Source: an uncultured virus (IMG/VR IMGVR_UViG_3300042384_001469) (Duplodnaviria; Heunggongvirae; Uroviricota; Caudoviricetes). Taken from it: a stretch of DNA of 64,000 nucleotides. Shown here piece after piece: positions 48,747 through 58,698 of this stretch. The first letter of the stretch is position 1. Each line of letters opens with the position of its first letter. The DNA lies in IMG/VR virus record IMGVR_UViG_3300042384_001469. The stretch is one strand, 5' to 3'. The notes under the pieces are model-generated. The model ran no database searches. It was given only the letters and a program-made list of their open reading frames with translations, and was not told the origin of the DNA. The position numbers were made by a program, and so were the translations under genes.

Positions 48747-49868
48747 ATGTCAGTAATTGCAGAACCATACAGAAGTGATTTATATACTAAAGTACGTCAC
48801 GTATTAGGAGCTCCCCTACGTTCAATAGAACTTGAGGACGAACAAATGGACACTTTATTAGAATTTTCAATAGGTGATTATTCACAATATGTTCAAAACT
48901 TTTTAATTGAGTCTCAGTGGGCTCAATTATGGGGATTAAATATGGACACTCAATCATTATCAAGAGCGTTTGTAACTAAAGATTTTAATTTAGAACAAAG
49001 ATACTCGTACGCCTATTCTAAAATTGTAGGATTACAAGCTGGAGGTGATTGGGTTTTGAAAAAAGATTATATACAATTATCTCCAGGTCAACAAATTTAT
49101 GAAGTTCCCGCAGGTAGAGAAATTAATGAATTACTTTGGTTTACACCTGCCGAGTTAAATAATATTTTATTTGACCCTTGGAGTTTTGGAGCATTAGGAG
49201 GTCCAGGTTTAGGTGGTCCCGCAGGTTACTCCCAAATGGGTTACTCAGGTTCATATTTCATGATGCCGGCATTTGATATGTTATTAAGGATGCAAGAAAT
49301 AAACATCCAAAGAAGAATTATTGCGGGTGATTTAACTTATAGAATTACGGCTTTACCTGATGGTAAAAAGGGTATACATTTAATGCAGACACCTGGAGGT
49401 AGATTTGATTTTGGTAACTCAACTTTAATGAGAGGTAAAGTTTGGTATTGGTATTATGATGTCGGTCCTGCTGATAGAGATAAATGTTTAAAACAAAATC
49501 CTGATATAATACGATTACCATCTGATGTACCACAAGATTCTATGTCTTGGGTTGATTTAAATAATCCCGCACAACAATGGGTGAGAAGATATTTTATTGC
49601 AAGTTGTAAAGAAACTTTATCTAAAGTAAGAGGTAAATATTCAGGAAATTTAAAAACCCCTGATTCTGAATTAACAATGGATTATACTTCGTTAGCTACT
49701 GAAGGTAAGGATGAAAAATTAAAACTGATTGAGGAATTAATTGGAGCTGAAGGTATTTTAACAAGATTAAAACCTGAAAAAGTGATGGAAAGGGAAGCTT
49801 TAACTGCTGAAAATTTAAACAAACAAATGAAGTTTAGAGCATTCCCAAGACAAATATATGTAATTTAA
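48747..49868 (+). CDS. Neck / head-tail adaptor protein (T4 gp13-like)
   Basis: LGAPLRSIELEDEQM and WVRRYFIASCKETLSKVRGKYSG...P..ELTMD; preceded by TATTTAT. Confidence 0.75.
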   Translation: MSVIAEPYRSDLYTKVRHVLGAPLRSIELEDEQMDTLLEFSIGDYSQYVQNFLIESQWAQLWGLNMDTQSLSRAFVTKDFNLEQRYSYAYSKIVGLQAGGDWVLKKDYIQLSPGQQIYEVPAGREINELLWFTPAELNNILFDPWSFGALGGPGLGGPAGYSQMGYSGSYFMMPAFDMLLRMQEINIQRRIIAGDLTYRITALPDGKKGIHLMQTPGGRFDFGNSTLMRGKVWYWYYDVGPADRDKCLKQNPDIIRLPSDVPQDSMSWVDLNNPAQQWVRRYFIASCKETLSKVRGKYSGNLKTPDSELTMDYTSLATEGKDEKLKLIEELIGAEGILTRLKPEKVMEREALTAENLNKQMKFRAFPRQIYVI

Positions 49869-49871
49869 TTT

Positions 49872-50204
49872 ATGCCAACTTTAAAAACACAACCTGAAAA
49901 AAGAATAATCAACGGAATTGAAAAATTAGTATCAACAAAAGTAATTACTAGTGAACCTGAATACACACCTAGTGGTGAGTTTTTAGTTATTACCGTGGAT
50001 TCCGACCAAGTTTTAATTAGATTAAACTCTGAGTTATGTGACCACATAATTATCAAAGCGTTAACTGAAACAAGGATTGTACCTGATAAATTTAAAATTG
50101 ATAGAGAATACGATGATATGGTAATCGGAAAAGGTGCCAGTGTTGAATTGTGTTTTGTCTTCAACACTTGGTACGTTATTTCATCTGACGGTGTAAAAGA
50201 TTAA
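49872..50204 (+). CDS. Hypothetical protein (110 aa)
   Basis: Follows the neck gene by 3 nt; stop is convergent with the polymerase stop. Confidence 0.55.
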   Translation: MPTLKTQPEKRIINGIEKLVSTKVITSEPEYTPSGEFLVITVDSDQVLIRLNSELCDHIIIKALTETRIVPDKFKIDREYDDMVIGKGASVELCFVFNTWYVISSDGVKD

Positions 50205-50206
50205 TA

Positions 50207-53002
50207 TCAAACCATTTCTTCCCACCCTTCTTCAGCAAGTTCGTAAATGTATTCAGGATTAATTCCTCGTTTACCCCAATATACCATTTCTTGGTCTGTA
50301 ATAGTTAACAAGTCCTCAATACTATCTTGGTCAGCGGGTTCAAAAGGAACACCATTAATCAATTTACATTGGTCTTTAGTAAACAAACCTCTGTCTTTAG
50401 GGTCAGTAACTATTAGATTATTTCTAACTTCTTCACCAAATACAATTAACAATGGCTCAATTCTTTTGTTAAAAGTAACGATTGCTCTCGACACATTATA
50501 TTCACCTGTCATATTAGGATTTGACTCCAATTCAGATGGGTTAAGACGATAACAATTAAGTTTTACATACGATTCAACCATTTCACGAGGTATTTTACCA
50601 TATCCTTCCATCATATTATCCAAATCAGATTGTGCCCACCCTTTTTTAGGTTTATTAACCTTTTGAACATCTCCGTGTGATGCTTTAACCCCATTATTGA
50701 CATAGAATATTACATCACCTAAACTCACCGCAATACCATCACGGATTGCAAGTTCCATATGTGCCATACGAGACATCTCATTACCCGCTTTGGTCTTTTC
50801 CTTTGAACGTTTTTTATAATCATCAATTGATAACTTAACCTTTGCTCTTTGGGCAATTTTCATCAATGGAATTCGTTGGTTAAAAATTACTTCTAAGTAT
50901 TCGTAATACCACTCAACAAATGATTGACCATCACCTTCTAACAACATCTTAATCCCCTTATCCAAAAAATCCTCAATATAAAGTGGTAGTTTCTTACTCT
51001 TGATTGAGTTACCTGTAAGTTTAATCTTACCGTTATGTTCCATCGTTGCGTAGTTCTTACGAGCAATGTTCATACAGGATTTCCAAGTTCCATCACAATC
51101 AAGTCCCATTGCACCTTTCATAAACATATCGTTAAACTCGGCAACATCAGCATCATAACCTTTATATTCTTTACCTTCCTTAACCAACCAGTTATTACCC
51201 TTACCGATGTATCTTCTATCATCCACACCACCTTCAGGTAACGAGAAGTTCATACCATCCGTATCACATACAAGAGGGGTATATCCTCGTTTCATAAAGA
51301 AACGTAACATCTGACGAAGGTATTGTCGTCCTGTACAGGTAATCTGTTCACCCATATACATATCACCCCAGTGATATACTTGTGGTGCCGATAGAGCTCC
51401 AAACATTGAGTTGATGAAAATCTTAATAGGTAATTGTTTTCTGTCGTAAGATGTTGATTGTTTCTTATCTATATCAGCATATTCTTTAGCCAAATTTTTA
51501 TACTTGATACGAGTGTTACGGAAATAATTTAACATACCTTTCATTGCACCTGTAATGTCACAGGTTGGAAACACATCGTGAACAAGTTGTATTGAAGGGT
51601 AAAGTGACGAAAAGTCAAGTTTTAATACATCAGTAGAAAATCCTACTTTAAGTAGTCGTGATAATCCACCAACAAACTCTGTTTTCTCATTCTTTGCAGG
51701 AATTGCCAATTTGTGTTTGTATGACCAAGCTCTCATTTGGATTTCCCATAATGTCGCAGTTCCCATAGTAGAAACCCTTTCATATGTTGTGGGAACCAAA
51801 GACGCAAGTAGGAATGAACCTTGGTTAAATTCTTCATCAACCGTTAGAGTCTCTTCCAAGTCATCGTCAAGATATCTCTCAACCAAATCATCACCTGTTG
51901 TTTTAATATAAACATTTGAGTGTTTAGAACATGCTTCGTCAATTGTGGGGTCAACTCCCACTTTCTTATATTTTCCGTTTTGGATATTCAACCAATACTC
52001 TTCTTTTTTTGCGTAAAATGGACCAATATCTGTGTGGTCAATATAAACACGGTCAGCAGCTTCGGCTTTAATATATTGGGTAATATACTTCAAACCCGCG
52101 GATTTGATAGATGAGTTAATTGCTTGAGCTCTTCTAACTGCGTGTAATGTATCTACCACATTATAACCCCACATGGATGTTTGATTAAATCTTTCAACCT
52201 CATTTGCAAGTTTCAACATACTTTCAGATTGTTTGATTGGGTTGATTGGATTAAGAGTTTTAGCAACTTTCTTAATGTCCAACTTTAAAGCCTTTGCTCT
52301 TTCAAATATCCAAAACCAGTCAAAGTTAAATCCGTTGTAAGATGCGATGATACTTGGTTTAAGTTCATCTATGGTATTAAAGAATTTGATAATACCTTCC
52401 CTCTCTTGGTCTTCAGTTGAACATTCAATTACCTGACTAAAACCTTTATTGGTTTTCATCCCTATCATAAAAATACGACCGTCTTTTGGTTCTAATGCGG
52501 TCGTCTCCAAGTCAAATACAAACCTCGTGATACTATTGTAATCATCAAATCCTTTGAATAGACGCTTCTCCTTTGTAACCAAGAACTGTTCAACAGGTGG
52601 TAGAATAAGGATTAATCCTTTAGTTTTCTCACCCCAAGGGTCAACTCCCCCATCTCTAAAAAATTGAATAAGGGAACGGTAACCATTAAGAGATTTAACC
52701 ATAAATGTTAAACCTTTCTCCAATCTTTCATTACCATCAGTACGTAATTTTTCAATGACAATCTTATGTTTTGTCATTGCCTCTTTTTGTAATGCTTTTG
52801 ACGATTGGTAAAAGTTTAACCCGCGTAAGTCACCAACCCAAGCGAATGGGATAAAAGTATCTTTTTTAATTTGTTTACCGTGAATTGGGTGCTCTATAAT
52901 TTTCCAAACACAATCTTTGACATAATCGTATTCAACACCGATTATATATTTTTCATCATCATTTCCTTGTAGGAAATTTTCAATTTCTTCGTTAGATATC
53001 AT
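50207..53002 (-). CDS. polB: DNA polymerase, family B
   Basis: ExoI FDLET, ExoII YNGFNFD, region A DFSSLYPS, region B KIFINSMFG, region C CDTDG, KNYA. Confidence 0.95.
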   Translation of the reverse strand: MISNEEIENFLQGNDDEKYIIGVEYDYVKDCVWKIIEHPIHGKQIKKDTFIPFAWVGDLRGLNFYQSSKALQKEAMTKHKIVIEKLRTDGNERLEKGLTFMVKSLNGYRSLIQFFRDGGVDPWGEKTKGLILILPPVEQFLVTKEKRLFKGFDDYNSITRFVFDLETTALEPKDGRIFMIGMKTNKGFSQVIECSTEDQEREGIIKFFNTIDELKPSIIASYNGFNFDWFWIFERAKALKLDIKKVAKTLNPINPIKQSESMLKLANEVERFNQTSMWGYNVVDTLHAVRRAQAINSSIKSAGLKYITQYIKAEAADRVYIDHTDIGPFYAKKEEYWLNIQNGKYKKVGVDPTIDEACSKHSNVYIKTTGDDLVERYLDDDLEETLTVDEEFNQGSFLLASLVPTTYERVSTMGTATLWEIQMRAWSYKHKLAIPAKNEKTEFVGGLSRLLKVGFSTDVLKLDFSSLYPSIQLVHDVFPTCDITGAMKGMLNYFRNTRIKYKNLAKEYADIDKKQSTSYDRKQLPIKIFINSMFGALSAPQVYHWGDMYMGEQITCTGRQYLRQMLRFFMKRGYTPLVCDTDGMNFSLPEGGVDDRRYIGKGNNWLVKEGKEYKGYDADVAEFNDMFMKGAMGLDCDGTWKSCMNIARKNYATMEHNGKIKLTGNSIKSKKLPLYIEDFLDKGIKMLLEGDGQSFVEWYYEYLEVIFNQRIPLMKIAQRAKVKLSIDDYKKRSKEKTKAGNEMSRMAHMELAIRDGIAVSLGDVIFYVNNGVKASHGDVQKVNKPKKGWAQSDLDNMMEGYGKIPREMVESYVKLNCYRLNPSELESNPNMTGEYNVSRAIVTFNKRIEPLLIVFGEEVRNNLIVTDPKDRGLFTKDQCKLINGVPFEPADQDSIEDLLTITDQEMVYWGKRGINPEYIYELAEEGWEEMV

Positions 53003-53026
53003 AAATTAAATTTTGGTATATTAGCA

Positions 53027-53044
53027 TCCGAATTATAGGTCGGA
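53027..53044 (-). promoter_or_regulatory. 5'-UTR hairpin of the polymerase gene (candidate translational operator)
   Basis: mRNA UCCGA-CCUAUAAU-UCGGA: 5-bp stem and 8-nt loop, 24 nt before the ATG. Confidence 0.45.
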
Positions 53045-53060
53045 GTTTACCTTAGATTTA

Positions 53061-53089
53061 AACTTAATTTAAAAATAAATAAATGTCAA
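53061..53089 (-). promoter_or_regulatory. Sigma70-like promoter for polB
   Basis: Minus strand TTGACA-N17-TAAGTT. Confidence 0.6.
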
Positions 53090-53090
53090 A

Positions 53091-54836
53091 TTACACACTA
53101 AAATGAACATTCCAAATATCACTATTTTGACCAAACCCTTTAAACGGTGTATTAGATGACGCAACATTTGTTATTGTGTACGGAGGTGTTTTAGATATAT
53201 TATAAATTTGACCAGTCCCTGACGATACATAAAACTCTGAATTTGAAACAAAAATACCTGAAGGGTTACTTATATTATTTGTTAAATTAATTTGTACTTC
53301 AACTGTAGATGGATTTGACAATGGTAAATTTAAATTATATTGAGTTAATAAAAAGTCGTTATTAGTAACATTAGACGTAATAACAATAAGTCTATTTGTT
53401 GTTGTTTTAATTATACCACCAGTAGTAAATCTTCCATATGGTAATACCGCAAGTGATGTAAAGCTAGAATTTTCTGTAGATATTTGTCTTATTTCATTTC
53501 CATTTCCTGCTGAAAAATTGTTTTTAGAAACAATAAGAGATGTGGTTGATAAAGCAACAAATGACCTGTCAAAATTTCCAGATAAAGTTAATAAACTTAT
53601 ATTTGATGAATTAGGACTTGAATTATATCGTATAGTCTGATATCCGTTAAAATAGAAATGTCTAATTTCACCTGTGGTTGTTGAAAATCCTTTTGAATAC
53701 CAAGAAGTTGGGGTTGTCGTAATTAGTGTGGTAGTTGTAAAATTGTTAACATAATTGCCAGGGTAAACATATTGACAAACAGTATTATAAATTGAACCAT
53801 TTGGATAAACCAAAGTATAAAAAGAACCAACCACAGTTGTTACTGGGAATTTTGTTGGGGTAATTGTTGGGGTTACTGTATTTGTTGGAGTAATACTAGG
53901 TGTTATTGTATTTGTTGGTGTATTTGTTGGTGTAATCGAGTTAGTAGGGGTATTTGTTGGCGTAATTGAGTTAGTAGGTGTAACTGTTGACGTATTAGTT
54001 ACGGACGGGGTCATGGCTGGCGTTGAAGTATTTGTAGGAGTTACAGTTACAGTTGGAGTAGGGGTAGGGGTAGTAGTATTTGTTGGAGTTTGTGTTTTAG
54101 TCGGTGTTTTTGTATTTGTAGGAGTTGTAGTCGTTGTCGGAGTTTGAGTATTAGTTGGTGTATTAGTTGGTGTTTGAGTTAATGTTGAGGTCATTGTTGG
54201 TGTATTAGTCGGAGTAGTTGTGTTAGTTGGTGTTTGGGTTAGTGTTGCGGACATTGTTGGAGTAGAAGTAGGTGTTGGGGTTTTAGTATTATCTGGAGTA
54301 GGTGTTGGAGTTGAGGTCGTTGTTGGTGTTACAGTTGGAGTAACTGTTACCGTACTTGTTGGGGTCGCAGTGCTAGAAGGTGTGTTTGGAGGGGTTACAG
54401 GTATTGGTATTGGTAATACTTGGTCACAACAAGGATACTCTACCTCATAACTATTTGCAAATGAGTATCCATCTATTGAAAAACTATCAATTATATTAAC
54501 AAAAACTCTATCTCTTATTTTAAAAACAACTGAACCGTTTGTATCAACTATTGATAATTCTACCACATATCTACCTAATTTTTTTGTTTCTTCGTTTTTA
54601 AATTGATACTCAACAAAATAAAGTATTTTTGTGTCATCATACTCAGATTGTCCTGTAACAATTGAACATGGTCTACTTGCGAATTTTATTTCCGAATTTA
54701 CAGGGTCAATTAATGTTATATAACTTGAGGTTACGCCGCTTAAATTTTGTATGTTATTAAAATCGCTCCTACCATCTTGAAATATTTCAAATTTCAATAA
54801 AGGTAACGTCGCATTCTTTTTTATAAAAAATTCCAT
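53091..54836 (-). CDS. Putative virion fibre/appendage protein: BppU-like N-terminal domain, mucin-like Thr/Pro stalk, beta-rich C-terminal head
   Basis: [16 protein letters not shown]-terminus, about 185 aa of TPT-rich repeats, then a beta-propeller-like tail. Confidence 0.6.
   Translation of the reverse strand: MEFFIKKNATLPLLKFEIFQDGRSDFNNIQNLSGVTSSYITLIDPVNSEIKFASRPCSIVTGQSEYDDTKILYFVEYQFKNEETKKLGRYVVELSIVDTNGSVVFKIRDRVFVNIIDSFSIDGYSFANSYEVEYPCCDQVLPIPIPVTPPNTPSSTATPTSTVTVTPTVTPTTTSTPTPTPDNTKTPTPTSTPTMSATLTQTPTNTTTPTNTPTMTSTLTQTPTNTPTNTQTPTTTTTPTNTKTPTKTQTPTNTTTPTPTPTVTVTPTNTSTPAMTPSVTNTSTVTPTNSITPTNTPTNSITPTNTPTNTITPSITPTNTVTPTITPTKFPVTTVVGSFYTLVYPNGSIYNTVCQYVYPGNYVNNFTTTTLITTTPTSWYSKGFSTTTGEIRHFYFNGYQTIRYNSSPNSSNISLLTLSGNFDRSFVALSTTSLIVSKNNFSAGNGNEIRQISTENSSFTSLAVLPYGRFTTGGIIKTTTNRLIVITSNVTNNDFLLTQYNLNLPLSNPSTVEVQINLTNNISNPSGIFVSNSEFYVSSGTGQIYNISKTPPYTITNVASSNTPFKGFGQNSDIWNVHFSV
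53845..54415 (-). repeat. Degenerate coding repeat encoding (T-P-T-x-x-x)n, a mucin-like domain
   Basis: [31 protein letters not shown]...; plus strand shows gttggtgta/gttggagta runs. Confidence 0.9.
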
Positions 54837-55204
54837 TAAGTGGTTATTGTTGATTCGGTAACGTTTATGAATAATTTATCTCTTATTGGTAATAAAAGAG
54901 TTCCATTTTCAGATTTTAACAAAAACTCACCTTCAAATCTTCCTGATTTAGACGTGTCATTTTTTGAAAATTTATAGTAAATATAATATTCAACATCAGA
55001 GTTTGGTTCTAAAAATATTTTTTCAACAAAACCGGCAGAAGAATTTAATATTTTATAACTTCCATTATTAATGTCTTTCATTGAAAAGTATAATACAGAT
55101 TCCTCAATAATTTGTAACATAGTGTCAATATCGTGTTTACCGTCTTTAACAACTTGCATCTTTAATATAGGTAAAGTGGTATTTTGACCAATATAGAATT
55201 CCAT
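54836..55204 (-). CDS. Stand-alone BppU-N-like adaptor domain; paralogue of the N-terminus of the downstream protein
   Basis: [18 protein letters not shown]...YYKF...DT...GRFEGEF...[11 protein letters not shown] aligns by eye with the first ~120 aa of 53091..54836. Confidence 0.6.
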   Translation of the reverse strand: MEFYIGQNTTLPILKMQVVKDGKHDIDTMLQIIEESVLYFSMKDINNGSYKILNSSAGFVEKIFLEPNSDVEYYIYYKFSKNDTSKSGRFEGEFLLKSENGTLLLPIRDKLFINVTESTITT

Positions 55205-55231
55205 TTATTGTTTTTACAATAAATATACAGA

Positions 55232-56914
55232 TTAACTTTCTTTCCTTAATTTTGAATCATAATGTTCAAAACGGTTATGTTCAGTAGGTGTAATTAACAA
55301 TAATCCTGGATTTAGATTACCAATGACTGTTTCTTGAAACATGTGACTCATCCATGTTTGTTCATACGGATGATTCCATTTTGTTTCTAAAAACATTTTT
55401 TGATTTCCTGATTTGGAAACTATTTGAGGCCAATTACAATAAAATATTTCACCTGTAGCAACAGGTATATCTTCATACGATGTTATTGATGTAAACTTAG
55501 TTTTTGGAGAATTTGGGTCCAATCCCATTTCAGGTAATTTTGGATTTTCAGGCCAATGTTTTTCTCTAAATGACTGAGGTACATTATACCAACTCCATTG
55601 GGTCCCATTATTACCAAAAAATTCGGTATAATTTAATTTTAAAAAATCAAAATTATAATTTTTAATAATGTTTAATGATTTGTTATATAAATTTTTTACA
55701 TATCTATTAAATCCATTTTTACATACTTGTCCTTCTTCAGGATAAAAAAACATATCGTCTTCGAAAAAAAACATAAAGTCACTATCACTTTTTTCAAAAT
55801 GTTCAGCTATAAATTGTCGACCACCACAAATTCCTAAATTTTCTTCAGACCAAATTATTTCAAAATTATGTAACTCACATATTTTTATATATTGTTCATC
55901 AGTAGTTCTATCAGTAGAATTATTTAAAAGATATTTTTTTGGTTTTTCTATGAAATCCTTGTCATACGATATCATAGAAGTAATTAAAGTTTCAAGTTGT
56001 TTAGGACTGTTAAAACCAATAACATATAAAGACGTTTTATCGATATCTAAACCATTATACAAATTAATTGGTAATTTATTTTTTACTTCTAAAATTTCAT
56101 TTTTAGCATTTTCAAAAAATGTACCTAATAATCCATCATAATTTATTTCGAAATAATTTATAATTTTTGGGTACTTATAAACCATTATTGAAAATATTGA
56201 TTCTTCAGTACCCATATAACCTTGAGATAGAGTTTCATTTAACAACCCATAATAAAGGGAATTTACTTCCGCAATAGATTCTTTTGTTCCTCCAAAAAAC
56301 CCTCCTCGTCCAACTAATCTTACATCATCATTCGCCCAATCATTAATTTTAGGATATGAAAACCCGTGAATTTCATTGTTTGCATCGTATGGAAAACAAA
56401 TGAAAGAAAATTTAGTAATTTTACTATCTATTTTTTTTAATACATTATCATGTGTAAAATACCCTACGTGAACTGTATTTGTTATACCAGCATCTATCCA
56501 AAATAATTTATCAGAATTAAATTTATCTAAAATTTTTGCATCGTGAAGAAGAAACATTTTAGACATCACTAATGGGTTGTAAAATTCTAATTTTGACTGT
56601 GTAGACTCAGGTAACCATGAAGATTGATTATACCATTTTTCGTCATTTCTAATACCTTGAATTTTGCCAAAAAACTCATTTTTAAACCACGATAATTCTC
56701 TTAATACAAATTGAGTGTTCTCAGATTTTCGGTTTTCCCAAACAAATTTTTCAAGCTCAGAGTCTCCAAATATTATTAAATTTTCCTCAATTGTTAGAAG
56801 TTGTTTAAATTTTTCTAAATAGTGTTCTTTAAATGGTCTCGCCCATCCTTCATTTAACCCATCTCTTTTTAAATCCCAAAGCCCTGTAACTAAAGTTATC
56901 TTACTCATAATCAA
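55232..56914 (-). CDS. HtrL/YibB-like domain fused to a GT2-like glycosyltransferase domain
   Basis: ITLVTGLWDLKR, WIDAG, GGFFGG, GTEE (HtrL-like); then FNSPKQL...ENLGICGG...FFFEDD (GT-A). Confidence 0.65.
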   Translation of the reverse strand: MIMSKITLVTGLWDLKRDGLNEGWARPFKEHYLEKFKQLLTIEENLIIFGDSELEKFVWENRKSENTQFVLRELSWFKNEFFGKIQGIRNDEKWYNQSSWLPESTQSKLEFYNPLVMSKMFLLHDAKILDKFNSDKLFWIDAGITNTVHVGYFTHDNVLKKIDSKITKFSFICFPYDANNEIHGFSYPKINDWANDDVRLVGRGGFFGGTKESIAEVNSLYYGLLNETLSQGYMGTEESIFSIMVYKYPKIINYFEINYDGLLGTFFENAKNEILEVKNKLPINLYNGLDIDKTSLYVIGFNSPKQLETLITSMISYDKDFIEKPKKYLLNNSTDRTTDEQYIKICELHNFEIIWSEENLGICGGRQFIAEHFEKSDSDFMFFFEDDMFFYPEEGQVCKNGFNRYVKNLYNKSLNIIKNYNFDFLKLNYTEFFGNNGTQWSWYNVPQSFREKHWPENPKLPEMGLDPNSPKTKFTSITSYEDIPVATGEIFYCNWPQIVSKSGNQKMFLETKWNHPYEQTWMSHMFQETVIGNLNPGLLLITPTEHNRFEHYDSKLRKES

Positions 56915-57773
56915 AAAATCTAATGTTATTACTTAATTTAGTTTGATTGTACGATGCCGCAAAAAATAAAAAAACAGACCACCAATTACATATTCTAAAT
57001 ATTTTTTCAGATTTAGACATTGCATACATCTCAAATAAAGTAGATTTAAAAAAATACATTAATTCATCATCACTTAATCCTAAACTTCTTGTTGTACTTA
57101 AATCACCTTTATAAACATAATCATTGTAATATAAATTTTTATAATTACATTGCTTAAGTTCATTTTTTAAAATTTCAAATTGTGTAAACACAAATATTGG
57201 TCTATCTTGATTTTTTTCAATAAAATTTTTAATTGACTGTATTGAATTTGATAATTCTTCAGTTTGGTTATTTAATTCAAAAGGTCTGTAATGTACACAA
57301 TAAAAATTTTCAGGAAATGATTTTAGTTTTTCTTCGCAGAATGACACCACTTCGTCAGTTAAAAAACTTAATTTTGGCCACTCATCGTACATTATCCATT
57401 TTCTATAATTTTCAATATGAGGAAAATTATTTAAATCTTCCACTCCCTCAATAATCTCATCAACATAAACATAATATATTTTTGAATTATCAATAACTAA
57501 TTTAGTTTCATTTCTTTCAGGAAAATTTCCTTCATGAGGACTAAATCCACTAGTAAAAAATGTAAAATTATCTAACTTGTCTAATTTAAAAATTTTAAAA
57601 AAAACATCTCTATTTTCATTATTCATTTTATAAGGATTTAGGCCAAAATCAACATAAGTTTTAACCTTATATCCCATCTCTTTTAATTTTTCTTGTGTTA
57701 GATATACTGAATAGATTGTTGAATACATATCCCCCAAACCTGAATTCATACCGGTAGTAATATACGCATTCAT
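56901..57773 (-). CDS. NodZ / O-fucosyltransferase-like GT-B enzyme
   Basis: SGLGD, CVHYR, IFVFT, EMYAMSKS...WSVF resemble inverting fucosyltransferase motifs I-III. Confidence 0.55.
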   Translation of the reverse strand: MNAYITTGMNSGLGDMYSTIYSVYLTQEKLKEMGYKVKTYVDFGLNPYKMNNENRDVFFKIFKLDKLDNFTFFTSGFSPHEGNFPERNETKLVIDNSKIYYVYVDEIIEGVEDLNNFPHIENYRKWIMYDEWPKLSFLTDEVVSFCEEKLKSFPENFYCVHYRPFELNNQTEELSNSIQSIKNFIEKNQDRPIFVFTQFEILKNELKQCNYKNLYYNDYVYKGDLSTTRSLGLSDDELMYFFKSTLFEMYAMSKSEKIFRICNWWSVFLFFAASYNQTKLSNNIRFFDYE

Positions 57774-57777
57774 ATTT

Positions 57778-58698
57778 TTAACTATTTAAAATGTCTATCC
57801 AAACCATGTATAATGGTTTAGGTTTACCCCAAGATGGGTCCCAAAGTTCAAAATGATATTGGTCATGTTCATCAGTTTGGTGAACGTCAAAAATTAAAGG
57901 ATGAACAATGTCTTTTAATTTATCATAAACTAATTTCATTATTGATTCTTCTGTACATAAAAATTCTTTATCAATAATTTTATCACAAAAATTCCAATAC
58001 TCATTTATATAATTTTTTAACTGTTTAGTATCTCCTCCAATCATACCTGCAATAGGATAATATGGTCTAATATCATAATCAATTATTCCTTTAGTTTTAA
58101 AAACATATCCTGATTGAGGATTTGTTGCGGTTAAATTTAAAACTTTATTCTCACTAATCTCATTCATTTTTATGAAAAGTTCAGTATTGAATAATTTTGT
58201 AAAATCATATTGAGATATTTGATTATTATTCCACACAGGTACTTCATTTGGATTATGAAATTTTTTATCCCCATATGGAACACAGTACATCCACGGGAAT
58301 ATCCCTGGATGTTGTAATCCTCCGTCAACCCAATAGACCCTATCAAAACCTTCTAACTCTTGTTCAAGAACTTGGAATTTTCCCCACATTATTTCAGGTC
58401 CTCTACCATCTAAGTCAGTATCAAAATTTTTATCTCTAACATCTTTTATTTTTTTATGATACTTCATGTCAGATAATTCCAATATTTTAATTTCAAGATT
58501 AGATAAATTATAATCTAATTTAAGTTTTTCAATTTCGGATTTATTTTTTTCGTGAGTGTAACAAACAACTGGAAAATTAATACCACGGCAATGACTAATT
58601 AAAGACCCATAATATCTATCTTTTCTAACTGAGCTAGCCCCTTGGAAAGGGTACCCAGCGACATCTAGCCATAAGGCGGTTACTATTTTAGTTTTCAT
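57778..58698 (-). CDS. HtrL/YibB-like putative glycosyltransferase
   Basis: TKIVTALW, VYWVDGG, AGMIGG, CTEESIM; paralogous to the N-domain of 55232..56914. Confidence 0.6.
   Translation of the reverse strand: MKTKIVTALWLDVAGYPFQGASSVRKDRYYGSLISHCRGINFPVVCYTHEKNKSEIEKLKLDYNLSNLEIKILELSDMKYHKKIKDVRDKNFDTDLDGRGPEIMWGKFQVLEQELEGFDRVYWVDGGLQHPGIFPWMYCVPYGDKKFHNPNEVPVWNNNQISQYDFTKLFNTELFIKMNEISENKVLNLTATNPQSGYVFKTKGIIDYDIRPYYPIAGMIGGDTKQLKNYINEYWNFCDKIIDKEFLCTEESIMKLVYDKLKDIVHPLIFDVHQTDEHDQYHFELWDPSWGKPKPLYMVWIDILNS

Noticed and set aside
15536..53002. Introns, inteins or homing endonucleases in nrdA, nrdB, helicase, recombinase or polB
   Set aside because: All are continuous and of normal length, with no intein termini or endonuclease motifs recognised.
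53845..54415. Repetitive DNA as a CRISPR array or DGR repeat
   Set aside because: Repeats are short, degenerate at third codon positions and in-frame Thr/Pro coding; no fixed repeat-spacer pattern, cas gene or reverse transcriptase is seen.
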